A stretch of 64,000 nt of DNA from Eledone cirrhosa (GCA_964016885.1 OZ024747.1:682001-746000); one strand, 5' to 3'. Shown: positions 13,453-28,047, counted from the first letter of the stretch. The notes: generated by a model not told the origin, from the letters alone. A program made the numbers and translations.

Positions 13453-13640
13453 GGGCGGTGGATTGGCAGTATCGGTAGATGGTCGGACGCCATTCTTTGA
13501 CACAGAGTTACGGCCCTTTCCATTCTGAGTTCAAATTCTGCCAAGGTTAACTTTGCCTTTCATCCTTACGGGGTCGATAAAATAAAGTACCAGTAATGCA
13601 CTGGGAAATTGCTGGCCTTGTGCCAAAAGTAGAAACAATT
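13453..13640 (+). mobile_element. tRNA-derived SINE (abundant family)
   Basis: A-box-like TGGCAGTATCGG, B-box GAGTTCAAATTC and body AACTTTGCCTTTCATCCTTACGGGGTCGATAAAATAAAGTACCAGT. Older or partial copies at ~11010-11110, 18120-18320, 52405-52600, 56520-56670, 57270-57370 and 58630-58700. Confidence 0.85.
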
Positions 13641-14259
13641 GTTTGTTTATTTATTTGTGAATGATTTGGCTGGTGTTTCTAGCAGGTGAAGTGACCATGT
13701 AGAGGGTCCTTTGTTGGTTTGTGAAGCGGGTGGTTGATTCATCAGTACTGCGAGGTTTTATATTTCCTCAATTAATATCTCTCCCCTTTCTTCCCCTCTT
13801 TAAGTCCTTTCATTAATTTTATGAACATTCATGCAACTTACCATCTGTACTTTTCATAGCTTTGTCATTTTCCATCCTATTTTGATATTATATCATTACT
13901 GCTGTTTAAACATTCACAGTTGACAAACCACATATAGCATACATTAGTCTAGTCTGGGCCTATGATATACTCCTCCATCAAATGGTGAATTGACTGAGTG
14001 AAGGAGGCATATTACATTTATTGTGTTATATTTTATAGTCACAGGCCAAACCATTGAATGAAAGACTTATAAAACAGTTGATTGATGAAGCTGTATAAAA
14101 GCCACGTAGCTGTAAACACAATTACTCTGTTAATATACCATTGCACTCATTAAGAAAGGAACTCGAATCAGTAAGATTCCAGACATCATTTACTTAGTGA
14201 GTCAGGTGGAACTGGCCAAAGGAACAATGTTTCCATTGGTCTTTCCAAATGCTAATACT

Positions 14260-14520
14260 GTTGTGTACTGGGTGCATTTTTTCATGATACTGCCATTAAC
14301 CCATGACAGGGTGGACTGGGTGTTTTTTATCATGGAACCAACCAGCACTACCATTTTAGAGAGTCGATTGGGTGCTTTTTATCATCGAGCCAGCACTACC
14401 ATTTTACAGTGTAGATTGGATGGATTTTATTGTGGCACCAACACTACCATTTTACAGAGTGGACTGGGTGCTTTTTACATGGAGCCAGCACTACCACTTT
14501 ACAGAGTAAACTGGATGTTA
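14260..14520 (-). repeat. Degenerate ~50-bp tandem array of the RTE 3'UTR module (GACTGGGTGCTTTTT...GCACTACCAYTTTACAG)
   Basis: About 5 diverged units. The same module occurs in the RTE 3'UTR at 47440-47525 and at 2290-2370, 3920-3970 and 15250-15425. Confidence 0.7.
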
Positions 14521-14638
14521 CTCTTTTACTCTTCCTTTCAATCATCACACACTATAGTAGTAATAGTAGCAGCAGCAGCAGTAGTAGTAATAATGATGCT
14601 GGCAGTTTCTATTTTAACCATGTCTTTTTCTGCTCCAG

Positions 14639-14785
14639 GTACGATGGGCCGATATGGAAGAACGTAAGCAACAGCTACGTCGGCGAGAACTTGGATTTGT
14701 GGTTGGCCAAACTCAGCATGACTGGGACAAAATTACTGATGATAGTTATGCTGAGAGGGCCTTAAACCGCACCAAATACATATAG
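14639..14785 (+). CDS. YLPM1: YLP motif-containing protein 1 (ZAP3), last coding exon
   Basis: Acceptor tctttttctgctccAG, phase 0, compatible with the previous exon. Translates VRWADMEERKQQLRRRELGFVVGQTQHDWDKITDDSYAERALNRTKYI*, matching the recalled YLPM1 C-terminus VRWADLEE...IGFVVGQTDWEKITD...AEKALNRTKYI. Splicing completes the PP1-binding KKRVRW motif. Confidence 0.92.
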   Translation, partial: VRWADMEERKQQLRRRELGFVVGQTQHDWDKITDDSYAERALNRTKYI

Positions 14786-15204
14786 AAGGTAACACTGCAA
14801 CATTTAACATTTTCCAATAATTTACAACACCAACAAACAAAAAAAAAGTTAGGGAGGTGGGGATTGTGCACCCAACAGACTCTGTCTTCTGCATATTAAA
14901 AATCATCTCATGTCTTTTTAAGAGGATATTTAGTGTTGTTTTTATTTTTTCTTATTTATAAATTTTTATTTGTTTTGTTTATCTTTATTTTTTCATTGCA
15001 AAGTTTGGGTGTTTGTGTCCTTGACTTATTGCAACTGTGTGCTAAAGTCAATTGTATTCTGACCCTGAGCCAATGATTTCCATTTTGCTTCAGTCGACCA
15101 ATTTGTTGTTTAGTTCCAGGTAAGCCTTGATCAAGCAGATCTATGATCAAAGGTATTCCAATCGTGACCATCCTGTCTTATTTTATTTTTCACACATAGG
15201 GTTG

Positions 15205-15558
15205 AGAGGATTCTTCAGTTGTATCTAACACAAAGCAACCTCCCTTGTGTCGGTGCCACAATAAAACGCACCCAGTACACTCTGCAAAGTGGTTGGTGAT
15301 AGGAAGAGCATCCAGTTGTAGAAACTCTGCCAAATATAAGGTGAAGACTTTTCATGTGTCTAACACATGACAATCTCTCTCCTTCTGGTGCCATGATGAA
15401 ATGCACCCAGTGCACTCTGTAAAGTGCGGAACATATGTAAACAAGATATGGCTCTCACCCTGTCTGTGAGGTCAATAACTCCAAGTACTGACTTCGTCAG
15501 TGACAACCCACCCAGCCCCTTGCTAGCAAGGAAAACAGATGTTAAATGATGATGATGA
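15205..15558 (+). mobile_element. RTE-tail SINE inserted into a copy of the ~200-bp dispersed repeat
   Basis: Two GCACCCAGT...TGTAAAGTG modules, GATAGGAAGAGCATCCAGTTGTAGAAAC and the 3' end TGCTAGCAAGGAAAACAGATGTTAAA(TGA)n. Halves of the host repeat lie on both sides. Confidence 0.7.
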
Positions 15559-15842
15559 CTAGTATGTCTAGAATTATTTTATCTAATATATCCTTTTTTT
15601 TTTTTTTAAATATAGTAGGATGACTTGATGGAGATTTGTGTTCCATTTCTAGCAGGTTGAGTGACCATGTAAAAGGTCTTCATGTTTATTATTTGGTGGG
15701 AGGGGGGAAATAATAATAATAATAATAATCATCTGTCTGTAAAAATGAAGATGTATATATGCAAAGAGAAACAAACTTGTTGCAATAATTTAATTTAAAT
15801 ATACAAATTTTGCAAAAAAAACAACAACAAAAAAAACAACTA

Positions 15843-15910
15843 AATAAATGAAATAAATACATGTTAACACGTTTGTCTATGTTGGTGTGGTAAAATTAGA
15901 AGCAAATAAA
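15843..15910 (+). terminator. Candidate polyadenylation signals for YLPM1
   Basis: AATAAA at 15843, 15852 and 15905, with GT-rich GTTTGTCTATGTTGGTGTGGT at 15871-15891. The AT-rich context makes chance hits common. Confidence 0.3.
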
Positions 15911-16106
15911 AAAAATGTGATAAATTCTGTAGTTAAGTTTGTTATATTATTGAACTTGTGATAAAAGACATGAGTTCAAATATAAACTAAGTGTGGTGGC
16001 TGGTAAAGTCAGTACAACACCAGGTGGTATAATAACAGTATCTTATACCATCTTACAGCATCAGATCAACAAATGACTCCTGATGATCTATTTCACTAGC
16101 ACTCTA

Positions 16107-16450
16107 CTCTCAGGTCTCCAATAATCCTTCCCCGCCTCAATTATTAATTTTTCAGCCCCCCTTCCCTGCTAATCTATCTCTGGCAAAATTCTATTTCAAG
16201 TGGTAACATTCCTACAACAATTAATTTTCTTTATACATTAAAAAATATTATACATGACAAAAAAGTACATTACTAGAAATCCCATCCATTATAAAATAAA
16301 TAGGATGTGTTGGTGTCTCAGCATGTAAACAAAACAACTAATTCCAGTTTTTAAAAAAATTCAAAGGAGACAACCTAAAAGAATTATCGATTTTCCCCCA
16401 CCACTGCCTGTTTATTCCACCCCACCTCTATATTATTTGGGACCTGAGAG
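16107..16450. mobile_element. MITE with TA target-site duplication (Tc1/mariner-type)
   Basis: TA|CTCTCAGGTCTCCAATAAT ... ATTATTTGGGACCTGAGAG|TA. A related copy lies at 49696-49995. Confidence 0.8.
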
Positions 16451-16548
16451 TATGTACTTGTTACAGAATTTTTATGGAGGTGTACAAAGGTATTTTTTCT
16501 TTCTTTTTTTTATTGCCATCATTTGGATATTTTGTTAGAAGACACCAT

Positions 16549-18118
16549 GACAGGTTTGCCACACCTGACTGGTTTGTTAGCATTAGATTCAGACAGGCTT
16601 GCCACACCTGACTGGTTTGTTAGCATTAGATTCAGACAGGCTTGCCACACCTGACTGGGGTTTATTAGCATTAGATTCAGACAGGCTTGCCACACCTGAC
16701 TGGGGTTTATTAGCATTAGATTCAGACAGGCTTGCTACACCTGACTGGTTTGTTAGCATTAGATTCAGACAGGCTTGCCACACCTGACTGGTTTGTTAGC
16801 ATTAGATTCAGACAGGCTTGCCACACCTGACTGGTTTGTTAGCATTAGATTCAGACAGGCTTGCCACACCTGACTGGTTTGTTAGCATTAGATTCAGACA
16901 GGCTTGCCACACCTGACTGGTTTGTTAGCATTAGATTCAGACAGGCTTGCCACACCTGACTGGGGTTTATTAGCATTAGATTCAGACAGGCTTGCCACAC
17001 CTGACGGGTTTATTAGCATTAGATTCAGACAGGCTTGCTACACCTGACTGGTTTGTTAGCATTAGATTCAGACAGGCTTGCCACACCTGACTGGTTTGTT
17101 AGCATTAGATTCAGACAGGCTTGCCACACCTGACTGGTTTGTTAGCATTAGATTCAGACAGGCTTGCCACACCTGACTGGTTTGTTAGCATTAGATCCAG
17201 ACAGGCTTGCCACACCTGACTGGGGTTTATTAGCATTAGATTCAGACAGGCTTGCCACACCTGACTGGGGTTTATTAGCATTAGATTCAGACAGGCTTGC
17301 CACACCTGACTGGGGTTTATTAGCATTAGATTCAGACAGGCTTGCCACACCTGACTGGTTTGTTAGCATTAGATTCAGACAGGCTTGCCACACCTGACTG
17401 GGGTTTTTAGCATTAGATTCAGACAGGCTTGCCACACTTGACTGGTTTGTTAGCATTAGATTCGGACAGGCTTGCCACACCTGACTGGGGTTTATTAGCA
17501 TTAGATTCAGACAGGCTTGCCACACCTGACTGGGGTTTGTTAGCATTAGATTCAGACAGGCTTGCCACACCTGACTGGGGTTTGTTAGCATTAGATTCAG
17601 ATAGGCTTGCCACACCTGACTGGGGTTTTTAGCATTAGATTCAGACAGACTTGCCACACCTGACTGGTTTGTTAGCATTAGATTCAGACAGGCTTGCCAC
17701 ACCTGACTGAGGTTTATTAGCATTAGATTCAGACAGGCTTGCCACACCTGACTGGGGTTTGTTAGCATTAGATTCAGACAGGCTTGCCACACCTGACTGG
17801 TGTTTGTTAGCATTTGATTCAGACAGGTTTGCCACACCTGACTGGGGTTTATTAGCATTAGATTCAGACAGGCTTGCCACACCTGACTGGGGTTTGTTAG
17901 CATTAGATTCAGACAGGCTTGCCACACCTGACTGGGGTTTGTTAGCATTAGATTCAGATAGGCTTGCCACACCTGACTGGTTTGTTAGCATTAGATTCAG
18001 ACAGGCTTGCCACACCTGACTGGGGTTTATTAGCATTAGATTCAGACAGGCTTGGCTTGCCACACCTGACTGGTTTGTAAGCATTAGATTCAGACAGGCT
18101 TGCCACACCTGACTGGTC
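16549..18118. repeat. 43/45-bp minisatellite (GGCTTGCCACACCTGACTGG[GG]TTTRTTAGCATTAGATTCAGACA)n, ~36 copies
   Basis: Head-to-tail near-identical units in two interspersed length variants, with no unique spacers. Confidence 0.97.
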
Positions 18119-19089
18119 ATCAAGATATGCTACAAATATCACAAATTTTGTCAATCCACTACCTTTTATTGGTACCTTATTTAACTGGCCCTGGAAGGGT
18201 GGATAAAAGGCAAAGTTAACCATGGCAGGGTCTGAATTCAGAAGCTAAAGAGCCAAAACAAATACTGAAAGACATTTTGTTTGAAACTTAAATAATTGAC
18301 CCTATTTACTGCTTTGGTGGTATTTTAGTTGGCTATTTTATGTCCTGAGTTGAAACCTAACCAAAGTTAATTTCTTCATTTCATCTTTCTAGGAATTAAT
18401 GCAATAAATACCATTTCAATACTGTGCTTGATAAAAGCAATACTAATGAAATATTTGGGCTTAGTGGATCATCAATATAATAACCAATACTTGCACCTGA
18501 CACCCCAAGCCACATCTCAAATGTGTCACCCTTTGTCTTTGTTAGAATTCATTATTGTACCATTTCTCATAAGGGGAATTCAGCTGCTGTTAACCTTTAT
18601 TCATGCTGTTCTCATGTTTTCAATGTAAACCATAATTTCTATCCCATATAAAAACATAAGCAATCACCATAAAAGATTTCTGTTATTTTTTTTTTCTTAT
18701 TCTTTCATGTTTTCAATATTGTTTTTCTTCTTTCATCCTCTGACATCAGTCCAATGGTTGTCCTATTTTTTCATTGTATTAAATGGTTGAGAAATAATCT
18801 CCCACACACATATGCACACGCAAGCCAACAAGGGTGCCACTATTTTGAAAAAGAAAATTGCGATTATTGCTGGAAATCTCATCTTAGATCTGTTCAATGA
18901 AGGATCACTGGGTGGCTAAACAACAGATACATACACACAGATACATATACAACTTGAAAGTGCTAGTCTCCTAGTAAGTTATTAGGCATATTATTTTGGC
19001 CATAGCAATATTTCAGGTTTTAATATTAACACAGCGACCACAAGATATTTCAGTTGTTAAAACAGTGGAATGCCCTACTTTTGAAATTA

Positions 19090-19300
19090 ACATGCAAGTG
19101 GCTGAGTATTCCTGAGCTATGTGTACTTAGAAAGATTCAGTATGACACAGTGTGTGATAAAAGTAGCCCTTTCAATTACAGGTACAACTCATTTTTCTTA
19201 CCTGAATGGACAGGAGCAATGTGAAATAAAGTGACTTGTTCAAAGACACAATGTGCTACCGGGGAATCAATCTCATGATTTTACAGTTTTCAACTCAACA
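19090..19300 (-). mobile_element. Old SINE with a CORE-like central domain
   Basis: Reverse strand TGTGTCTTTGAACAAGTCACTTTATTTCACATTGCTCCTGTCCATTCAGGTAAGAAAAATGAGT resembles the CORE domain (TTGGGCAAGTCACTT...AAAATG). Confidence 0.55.
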
Positions 19301-19769
19301 TTCTGACCTCACCAGAAGATGAGATACAGTGATGGTTCTAAATACATTTCCTCCCTGGCGAGGAATGCACCCCTTAACATAACCTAGTAGTTTATAGTTA
19401 GGGATAGACGTAGCTGGAGGAGACCTTAGCCAGTAACACTTTTAGAGGTATTTTGTTTGACAGAGGTTAGATGTAAGTTCAAAGTTGTTGACACACATTA
19501 CAAAATGGATGAGATAGTAACTCATGACAGGATTAATGGGATTTTTTATGAAATAACCCGCTGCATGTCACATACCAAACCTGTGATTGGACTAAGGTTT
19601 CAGCAAGAAGGAGGGTATTGTATATACGGACCCATTGGAGTGACATACAGTGATTCTTGGGCATTTTAAATGGCGGGATTTGAACTGAGAGTGAAGAGAG
19701 CTGGAATGAACATTGTAAAACATTTTATCTGACATTCAATTCATTGCTTTGGATGATACAGTAGATAGA

Positions 19770-19990
19770 GTTATAGAAGTTAAGAAACTGGTTTGGAAAG
19801 ACTGGCAAAAAGTGGGGAGCAACTAATATCAGGCTGATTTGAAGAGATGGTTAAAAGTCAGGTATATGTAGCACGGAAAGAAATTGAAAGTAAACCTAAA
19901 AAGTTTGCCTATGTTCTCTAAGAAGAGAATCAAGAGATGTGAGTTGTTCTGGATTGTTAAGGTATTGGGGAACTGAGTACAGAATGTTAC
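19770..19990 (+). pseudogene. Decayed RTE ORF fragment (inter-domain region)
   Basis: Reads KKLVWKDWQK...QVYVARKEIESK..KFAYVL, homologous to KKQAWKVW...QVYLARREAEE..KFKHVL in the intact RTE copies. Confidence 0.65.
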
Positions 19991-20665
19991 TGGTATGTTA
20001 CAGGAATGTTACTTCTCATTACGACTAACAAGTAACAAAGTTACTATGAATTAGAATTTATTCTTCTAAATCTTTCTTGACTATTTTTTTCCACCATCAG
20101 CATCACCACTTCTACCATCATAATGCCACCATTATCATCCTTTTACATCTGCTTGCATGGGTTGGATGGTGTATGGGTTTCGATAAACCATTAAACAAAA
20201 TAAGCACTTGTTTAGGGCTCCATGGTGGAGGGGAGCCAGATTTACCATTGTTTAAATGATAAATTATGACAATTTCTTTTTAATGATGAAAAAGTGTGGA
20301 GAATATTTAGTTTTTTTTTTTTTGTTGCTCTAGCTATAAATAATTTAGTGATAAAATAAAATTGTTAAAAAAATGCTTCAAAGCACCTAGCTGGTATTTG
20401 GGAGATACAGGGTTCAATTCCACGTAGCAGTTGATGGCAACTTCTTTTTCCGTGTTTAAGGGTCTTCACCTTATTTTATAATATCTCCACGCATAAGCAC
20501 AGTGTTCTTTATTTTGATAACATTTTTGGGTTCTGGTCTGGAAGAAAACTGAACTATTAATCTATTGCTTCATATTTTTCACTTATGTGTTGTTTGACAA
20601 TAGTGGAGTTGACTAAATCTGGTTATTCTACCACACCACTAACATCATGACCATCATCAATAATA

Positions 20666-20848
20666 ACTGTTTCTACTTTTGGCACAAGGCCAGCAATTAT
20701 CCAGTAGATTACTGGTACTTTATTTTATCGACCCCATAAGGATGAAAGGCAAAGTTAACCTCGGCGGGATTTGAACTCAGAATGGCAAGGGCCGTAACTC
20801 TATACGTCAAAGCATGGCGTCCGACCCTCTACCGATACTGCCAATTTA
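20666..20848 (-). mobile_element. tRNA-derived SINE, same family as 13453-13640
   Basis: Reverse complement of the same A/B-box head and body (GATTTGAACTCAGAAT; GGATGAAAGGCAAAGTTAACC). Confidence 0.85.
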
Positions 20849-21294
20849 CATCAATAATAACACTCATGTTATTATATCATGACTCATACACTGTTCATTT
20901 TCCTGACATTTGTACATTATTCTATGTACTATACATGCACCTTTGATGAGTTGTAGTGCACCTGAGCACTGTACACAATAATTTCATTATATTATATAGT
21001 TTATCTTATAAATCTGTGCAGCTGTGACATCACAACATATTTTGTTACGTCACACAGTAATGTGTTCTATCTCCGCCATCACCATCTGTATCATATCACC
21101 ACCACCATTAACACCGGTACTACAATCATTAACGCCACCACTACCATTACTACGGTTATTACCATCGTCGCCGCCACCACCACCACCATAATCACAACAG
21201 TCGCCATCCCATCACCATAACCGCCGCCACTTGCACTACATTTACTTTCACCGACACTACCATAACACCACCACCATAATTAATACAGTAGCAA

Positions 21295-21620
21295 TCCCCG
21301 TCCCCCCACCACAGTAACACCGTCTCCCCACCACGACCACAGTAACACCGTCTCCCCCCACCACCACAGTAACACCGTCTCTCCACCACCACCACAACAG
21401 TAACACCGTCTCCCCACCATCACCACCACCACAGTAACACCGTCTCTCCACCACCACCACACAGTAACACCGTCTCCCCACCACCACAACGGTAACACCG
21501 TCTCTCCACCACCACCACAACAGTAACACCGTCTCCCCACCACCACCACCACCACAACGGTAACACCGTCTCTCCACCACCACCACCACAACAGTAACAC
21601 CGTCTCCCCACCACCACAGT
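21295..21620. repeat. ~27-35-bp minisatellite (CCA)n-CAGTAACACCGTCTCC, ~11 copies
   Basis: Constant GTAACACCGTCTC core separated by variable (CCA)n. Confidence 0.92.
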
Positions 21621-21970
21621 TAAGCAGCACTTCAATCCGTCTCAGTCACTTTCGTTCTCTGCAGTAAAGTTACCAACGAAAACAAACAACAACAAAAATG
21701 TGTATTACATAGATATACACACACACACATACATGTTATAGTATATATACACACATGATATATAGATATATGTATACACACATGTGGTATATCTGTTTTT
21801 TCGAACAAACCAATATTGAATATATTTGACGAAATATCTGCAACCAAAAACAAGAAAATTACTTTCTTCATTGTCAACAACTTCTATCAACTTTACCGGA
21901 TTTAGGAGCGGATTTCTACGGTTTAAACCTTTCCTCATATTCTAGACATTGTTTTCTATTAATATCTTCA

Positions 21971-22003
<33 letters not shown>

Positions 22004-22119
22004 TAACACATATATATTAATACAGACAAGAATAAACATCAGGGTTAGAGGGAGAGAGATAAATATATAAATATAAATAAATATAGACAGAGAAAGATAC
22101 AGGACAGAAAGCAGAGAAG

Positions 22120-22141
22120 AATCTAATCTTCGAAGGTAAGT
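22120..22141 (+). other. Candidate 5' splice donor (AAG|GTAAGT at 22135/22136), possible non-coding exon of a downstream gene
   Basis: Perfect donor consensus after a purine-rich unique stretch. No coding support. Confidence 0.25.
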
Positions 22142-22210
22142 AAACTTTTCTTTATAATTCTGTGGATTTGGTTATAGGAATATATATATATGTATACATA
22201 TATACATATA

Positions 22211-22260
22211 TGGTGCCCAAGCATGGCCTCAGCCGGATGGTTGGAACAGGTAAAAGAGTA
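22211..22260 (+). mobile_element. 50-bp 3'-terminal stub of the CR1-group LINE found at 39956-43535
   Basis: GGTGCCCAAGCATGGCCTCAGCCGGATGGTTGGAACAGGTAAAAGAGTA matches the reverse complement of 39956-40004 with 3 mismatches. Confidence 0.9.
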
Positions 22261-22537
22261 TATATGTGGGTGTGTGTGTATGTATTAGGTATATATATAT
22301 ATATGTGTATGTATTAGGTATATATATATGTGTGTGTGTGTATTAGGTGTATATATATGTGTGTTAGGTATATATTATATATATGTGTGTGTATTAGGTA
22401 TATATATATGTGTGTATTAGGTATATATATATGTATGTGTATTAGGTATATATATATGTGTATGTATATGTATATGTGTGTATATATATATATGTATATA
22501 ATATATAAGAACAGAAGATGGTTAAAGGAGTTCCATG

Positions 22538-22608
22538 TATTTTATTATGCGCATTTCAAAAACAAACATCATCATGCAATAATATTTGTGTTTTCATCAG
22601 ATAAAACA
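22538..22608 (-). ncRNA. Minimal type-I hammerhead ribozyme (complete)
   Basis: Minus strand: stem I UGUUUUAU, core CUGAUGA, stem II AAACACAAAUAUUAUU-GCAU-GAUGAUGUUUGUUUUU (one mismatch, G-U pairs), GAA, palindromic AUGCGCAU, A17 (AUA triplet), stem I' AUAAAAUA. Confidence 0.8.
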
Positions 22609-22944
22609 GGTAGATATGATATAAAGGCTAAAAAAACACTTGTGGATAGTGCAGTTTTAAATCAACATATATTGCTTTATCAACATATATTGCTTTATTG
22701 TACTACAATAAAACTCACCTCCTACATTATATATATGTATATATATATATGTGTATGTATATATATATATATGTGTATGTATATATATATATATGTGTAT
22801 GTATATATATATATATGTGTATGTATATATATATATATGTGTATGTATATATATATATATGTGTATGTATATATGTATATGTGTATGTATATATATATAT
22901 GTGTATGTATATATATATATGTGTATGTATATATATATATGTGT

Positions 22945-22980
<36 letters not shown>

Positions 22981-23221
22981 ATGTATGTGTATATATATAT
23001 ATATGTGTATGTATATATATATATATATATATGTGTATATATATATGTGTATGTATATATATATATATATATATGTGTATATATATATGTGTATATATAT
23101 ATGTGTATGTATATATATATATATGTGTGTATATATATATATGTGTGTATATATATATATGTGTATATATATATATGTGTATATATATATATATGTGTAT
23201 ATATATATATATGTGTATATA

Positions 23222-23262
<41 letters not shown>

Positions 23263-23659
23263 ATATATATATGTGTGTCTATATATATATGTGTCTATAT
23301 ATATATGTGTGTATATATATATGTGTATGTATATATATGTATATATATATATATATGTATGTATATATGTATGTATATATATGTATATATATATATATAT
23401 GTATGTATATATGTATGTATATATATGTATATATATATATATATGTATGTATATATGTATGTATATATGTATATATATATATATATGTATGTATATATGT
23501 ATGTATATATGTATGTATATATGTATGTATATATATATATGTATGTATATATATATATGTATATATATATATGTATGTATATATATATATGTATGTATAT
23601 ATGTATGTATATATGTATGTATATATGTATGTATGTATGTATGTATATATATATGTATG

Positions 23660-23699
<40 letters not shown>

Positions 23700-23871
23700 T
23701 GTATGTATATATATATGTATGTATATATATATGTATGTATATATGTATGTATATATGTATGTATATATATATGTATGTATATATGTATGTATATATATGT
23801 ATGTATGTATATATATGTATATATGTATGTATGTATATATGTATATATATATGTATATATGTATATATATG

Positions 23872-23906
<35 letters not shown>

Positions 23907-24007
23907 GTATATATATATGTATATGTATATATATATGTATATATATATGTATATGTATATATATATGTATATATATATGTATATATATATATATATGTAT
24001 ATATATA

Positions 24008-24086
<79 letters not shown>

Positions 24087-24423
24087 ATATATATATGTAT
24101 ATATATATATGTATATATATATATGTATATATGTATATATATATATGTATATATGTATATATATATATATGTATATATATATGTATATATATATGTATAT
24201 ATATATATGTATATATATATATGTATATATATATATGTTATATATATATATGTATATATATATGTATATATATATATGTATATTATATATGTATATATAT
24301 ATATGTATATATATATATGTATATATATATGTATATATATATATGTATATATATATGTATATATATATATGTATATATATATATGTATATATATATGTAT
24401 ATATATATATGTATATATATATG

Positions 24424-24454
<31 letters not shown>

Positions 24455-24603
24455 GTATATATATATGTATATATGTATATATATATGTATATATGTATAT
24501 ATATATGTATATATGTATATATGTATGTATATATGTATATATGTATATATATATGTATATATGTATATATGTATATATGTATATATGTATATATGTATAT
24601 ATG

Positions 24604-24634
<31 letters not shown>

Positions 24635-24695
24635 GTATATATATGTGTATATATGTATATATATATGTATATATATGTGTATATATGTATATATG

Positions 24696-24729
<34 letters not shown>

Positions 24730-24751
24730 TGTATGTATATATGTATATATG

Positions 24752-24784
<33 letters not shown>

Positions 24785-24789
24785 GTATG

Positions 24790-24836
<47 letters not shown>

Positions 24837-24983
24837 GTATATATATATGTGTATATATGTATATATATATGTGTATATATGTATATATATATGTGTATAT
24901 ATGTATATATGTATATATATATATATGTATATATATATGTGTATATATATATATATATGTATATATGTATATGTATATATATG

Positions 24984-25106
<123 letters not shown>

Positions 25107-25141
25107 GTATATAGGTATATATATATATATATGTATATATG

Positions 25142-25266
<125 letters not shown>

Positions 25267-25301
25267 ATATATATGTATATATATGTATATGTATATATAT
25301 G

Positions 25302-25338
<37 letters not shown>

Positions 25339-25355
25339 GTATATGTATATATATG

Positions 25356-25390
<35 letters not shown>

Positions 25391-25407
25391 GTATATGTAT
25401 ATATATG

Positions 25408-25444
<37 letters not shown>

Positions 25445-25607
25445 GTATATATATATGTATATATATGTATATATATGTATATGTATATATGTATATATAT
25501 GTATATGTATATATGTATATGTATATATATGTATATATGTATATATATATGTATATATATATATGTATATATGTATATATATATATGTATATATGTATAT
25601 ATATATG

Positions 25608-25640
<33 letters not shown>

Positions 25641-25654
25641 GTATATATGTATAT

Positions 25655-25686
<32 letters not shown>

Positions 25687-25721
25687 GTATATGTATATAT
25701 ATATGTATATATGTATATATG

Positions 25722-25752
<31 letters not shown>

Positions 25753-25761
25753 GTATATATG

Positions 25762-25792
<31 letters not shown>

Positions 25793-25809
25793 GTATATAT
25801 GTATATATG

Positions 25810-25842
<33 letters not shown>

Positions 25843-25859
25843 GTATATATGTATATATG

Positions 25860-25892
<33 letters not shown>

Positions 25893-25909
25893 GTATATAT
25901 GTATATATG

Positions 25910-25942
<33 letters not shown>

Positions 25943-25959
25943 GTATATATGTATATATG

Positions 25960-25992
<33 letters not shown>

Positions 25993-26111
25993 GTATATAT
26001 GTATATATATATATATATATTGTATATATATATATATATGTATATATGTATTTATATATGTATATATGTATATATATATGTATATATGTATATATATATG
26101 TATATATGTAT

Positions 26112-26191
<80 letters not shown>

Positions 26192-26228
26192 GTATATATA
26201 TATGTATATATATATGTATATATATATG

Positions 26229-26263
<35 letters not shown>

Positions 26264-26284
26264 GTATATATATATGTATATATG

Positions 26285-26322
<38 letters not shown>

Positions 26323-26557
26323 TGTATGTATATATATGTATATATGTGTATATGTGTATATATGTATATGTTATATATATGTATATGTATGTATATGTAT
26401 GTATATGTATATGTATATATATGTATATGTATGTATATGTATATGTATGTATATGTATGTATATGTATATGTATATATATGTATATATATATATATATGT
26501 AAATATATATATATATGGATGTATATATATGTGTATATATGTATATGTATATATATG

Positions 26558-26604
<47 letters not shown>

Positions 26605-26986
26605 GTATATATATATATGTATATATATATATATGTATATATATATATGTATGTATTTATATGTATATATATATATGTATGTATTTATATGTATATATAT
26701 ATATGTATGTATTTATATGTTATATATATATATGTATTTATATGTGTATATATATATATGTATGTATTTATATGTGTATATATATATATGTATGTATTTA
26801 TATGTGTATATATATATATGTATGTATTTATATGTATTTATATATATATGTATGTATTTATATGTATGTATATATATGTATGTATATGTATATATATGTA
26901 TGTATATATATGTACATATATATGTATGTATATATGTATGTATATATATATGTATGTACATATATATGTATGTATATATATATATG

Positions 26987-27139
<153 letters not shown>

Positions 27140-27268
27140 GTATATATGTATATATATATATGTATATATATATATGTATATATATATATGTATATATATA
27201 TATATGTATATATATATATGTGTATATATATATATGTGTATATATATATATATGTGTATATATATATG

Positions 27269-27317
<49 letters not shown>

Positions 27318-27318
27318 G

Positions 27319-27363
<45 letters not shown>

Positions 27364-27572
27364 GTAGGTATATATATATATGTAGGTATATATATGTAGG
27401 TATATATATATGTATGTATATATATATGTAGGTATATATATATGTATATATATGTATATATATATGTAGGTATATATATATGTATATATATGTATATATA
27501 TGTATATGTATATATATGTATATATATATGTATATATATATATATGTATATATATATGTGTATATATATATG

Positions 27573-27603
<31 letters not shown>

Positions 27604-27714
27604 GTATATATATATGTATATATATATATGTATATATATATATGTATATGTATATATATATATGTATATATATATGTATATATATGTATATATATATATA
27701 TGTATATATATATG

Positions 27715-27763
<49 letters not shown>

Positions 27764-27764
27764 G

Positions 27765-27797
<33 letters not shown>

Positions 27798-27798
27798 C

Positions 27799-27831
<33 letters not shown>

Positions 27832-27850
27832 GTATATATGTATATATATG

Positions 27851-27901
<51 letters not shown>

Positions 27902-27902
27902 C

Positions 27903-27951
<49 letters not shown>

Positions 27952-27962
27952 GTATATATATG

Positions 27963-28013
<51 letters not shown>

Positions 28014-28014
28014 C

Positions 28015-28047
<33 letters not shown>

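Noticed and set aside
16549-18118. CRISPR-like periodicity (also 21295-21620, 57972-58151 and 62138-62483)
   Set aside because: Head-to-tail units without unique spacers, no cas genes, eukaryotic context.
21885-21930. Minus-strand ...CTCC-TAAAT-CCGGTA-AAG resembling a hammerhead 3' half (similar weak case at 50342-50351)
   Set aside because: No CUGANGA core and GAAA or stem II not intact; too weak to count.
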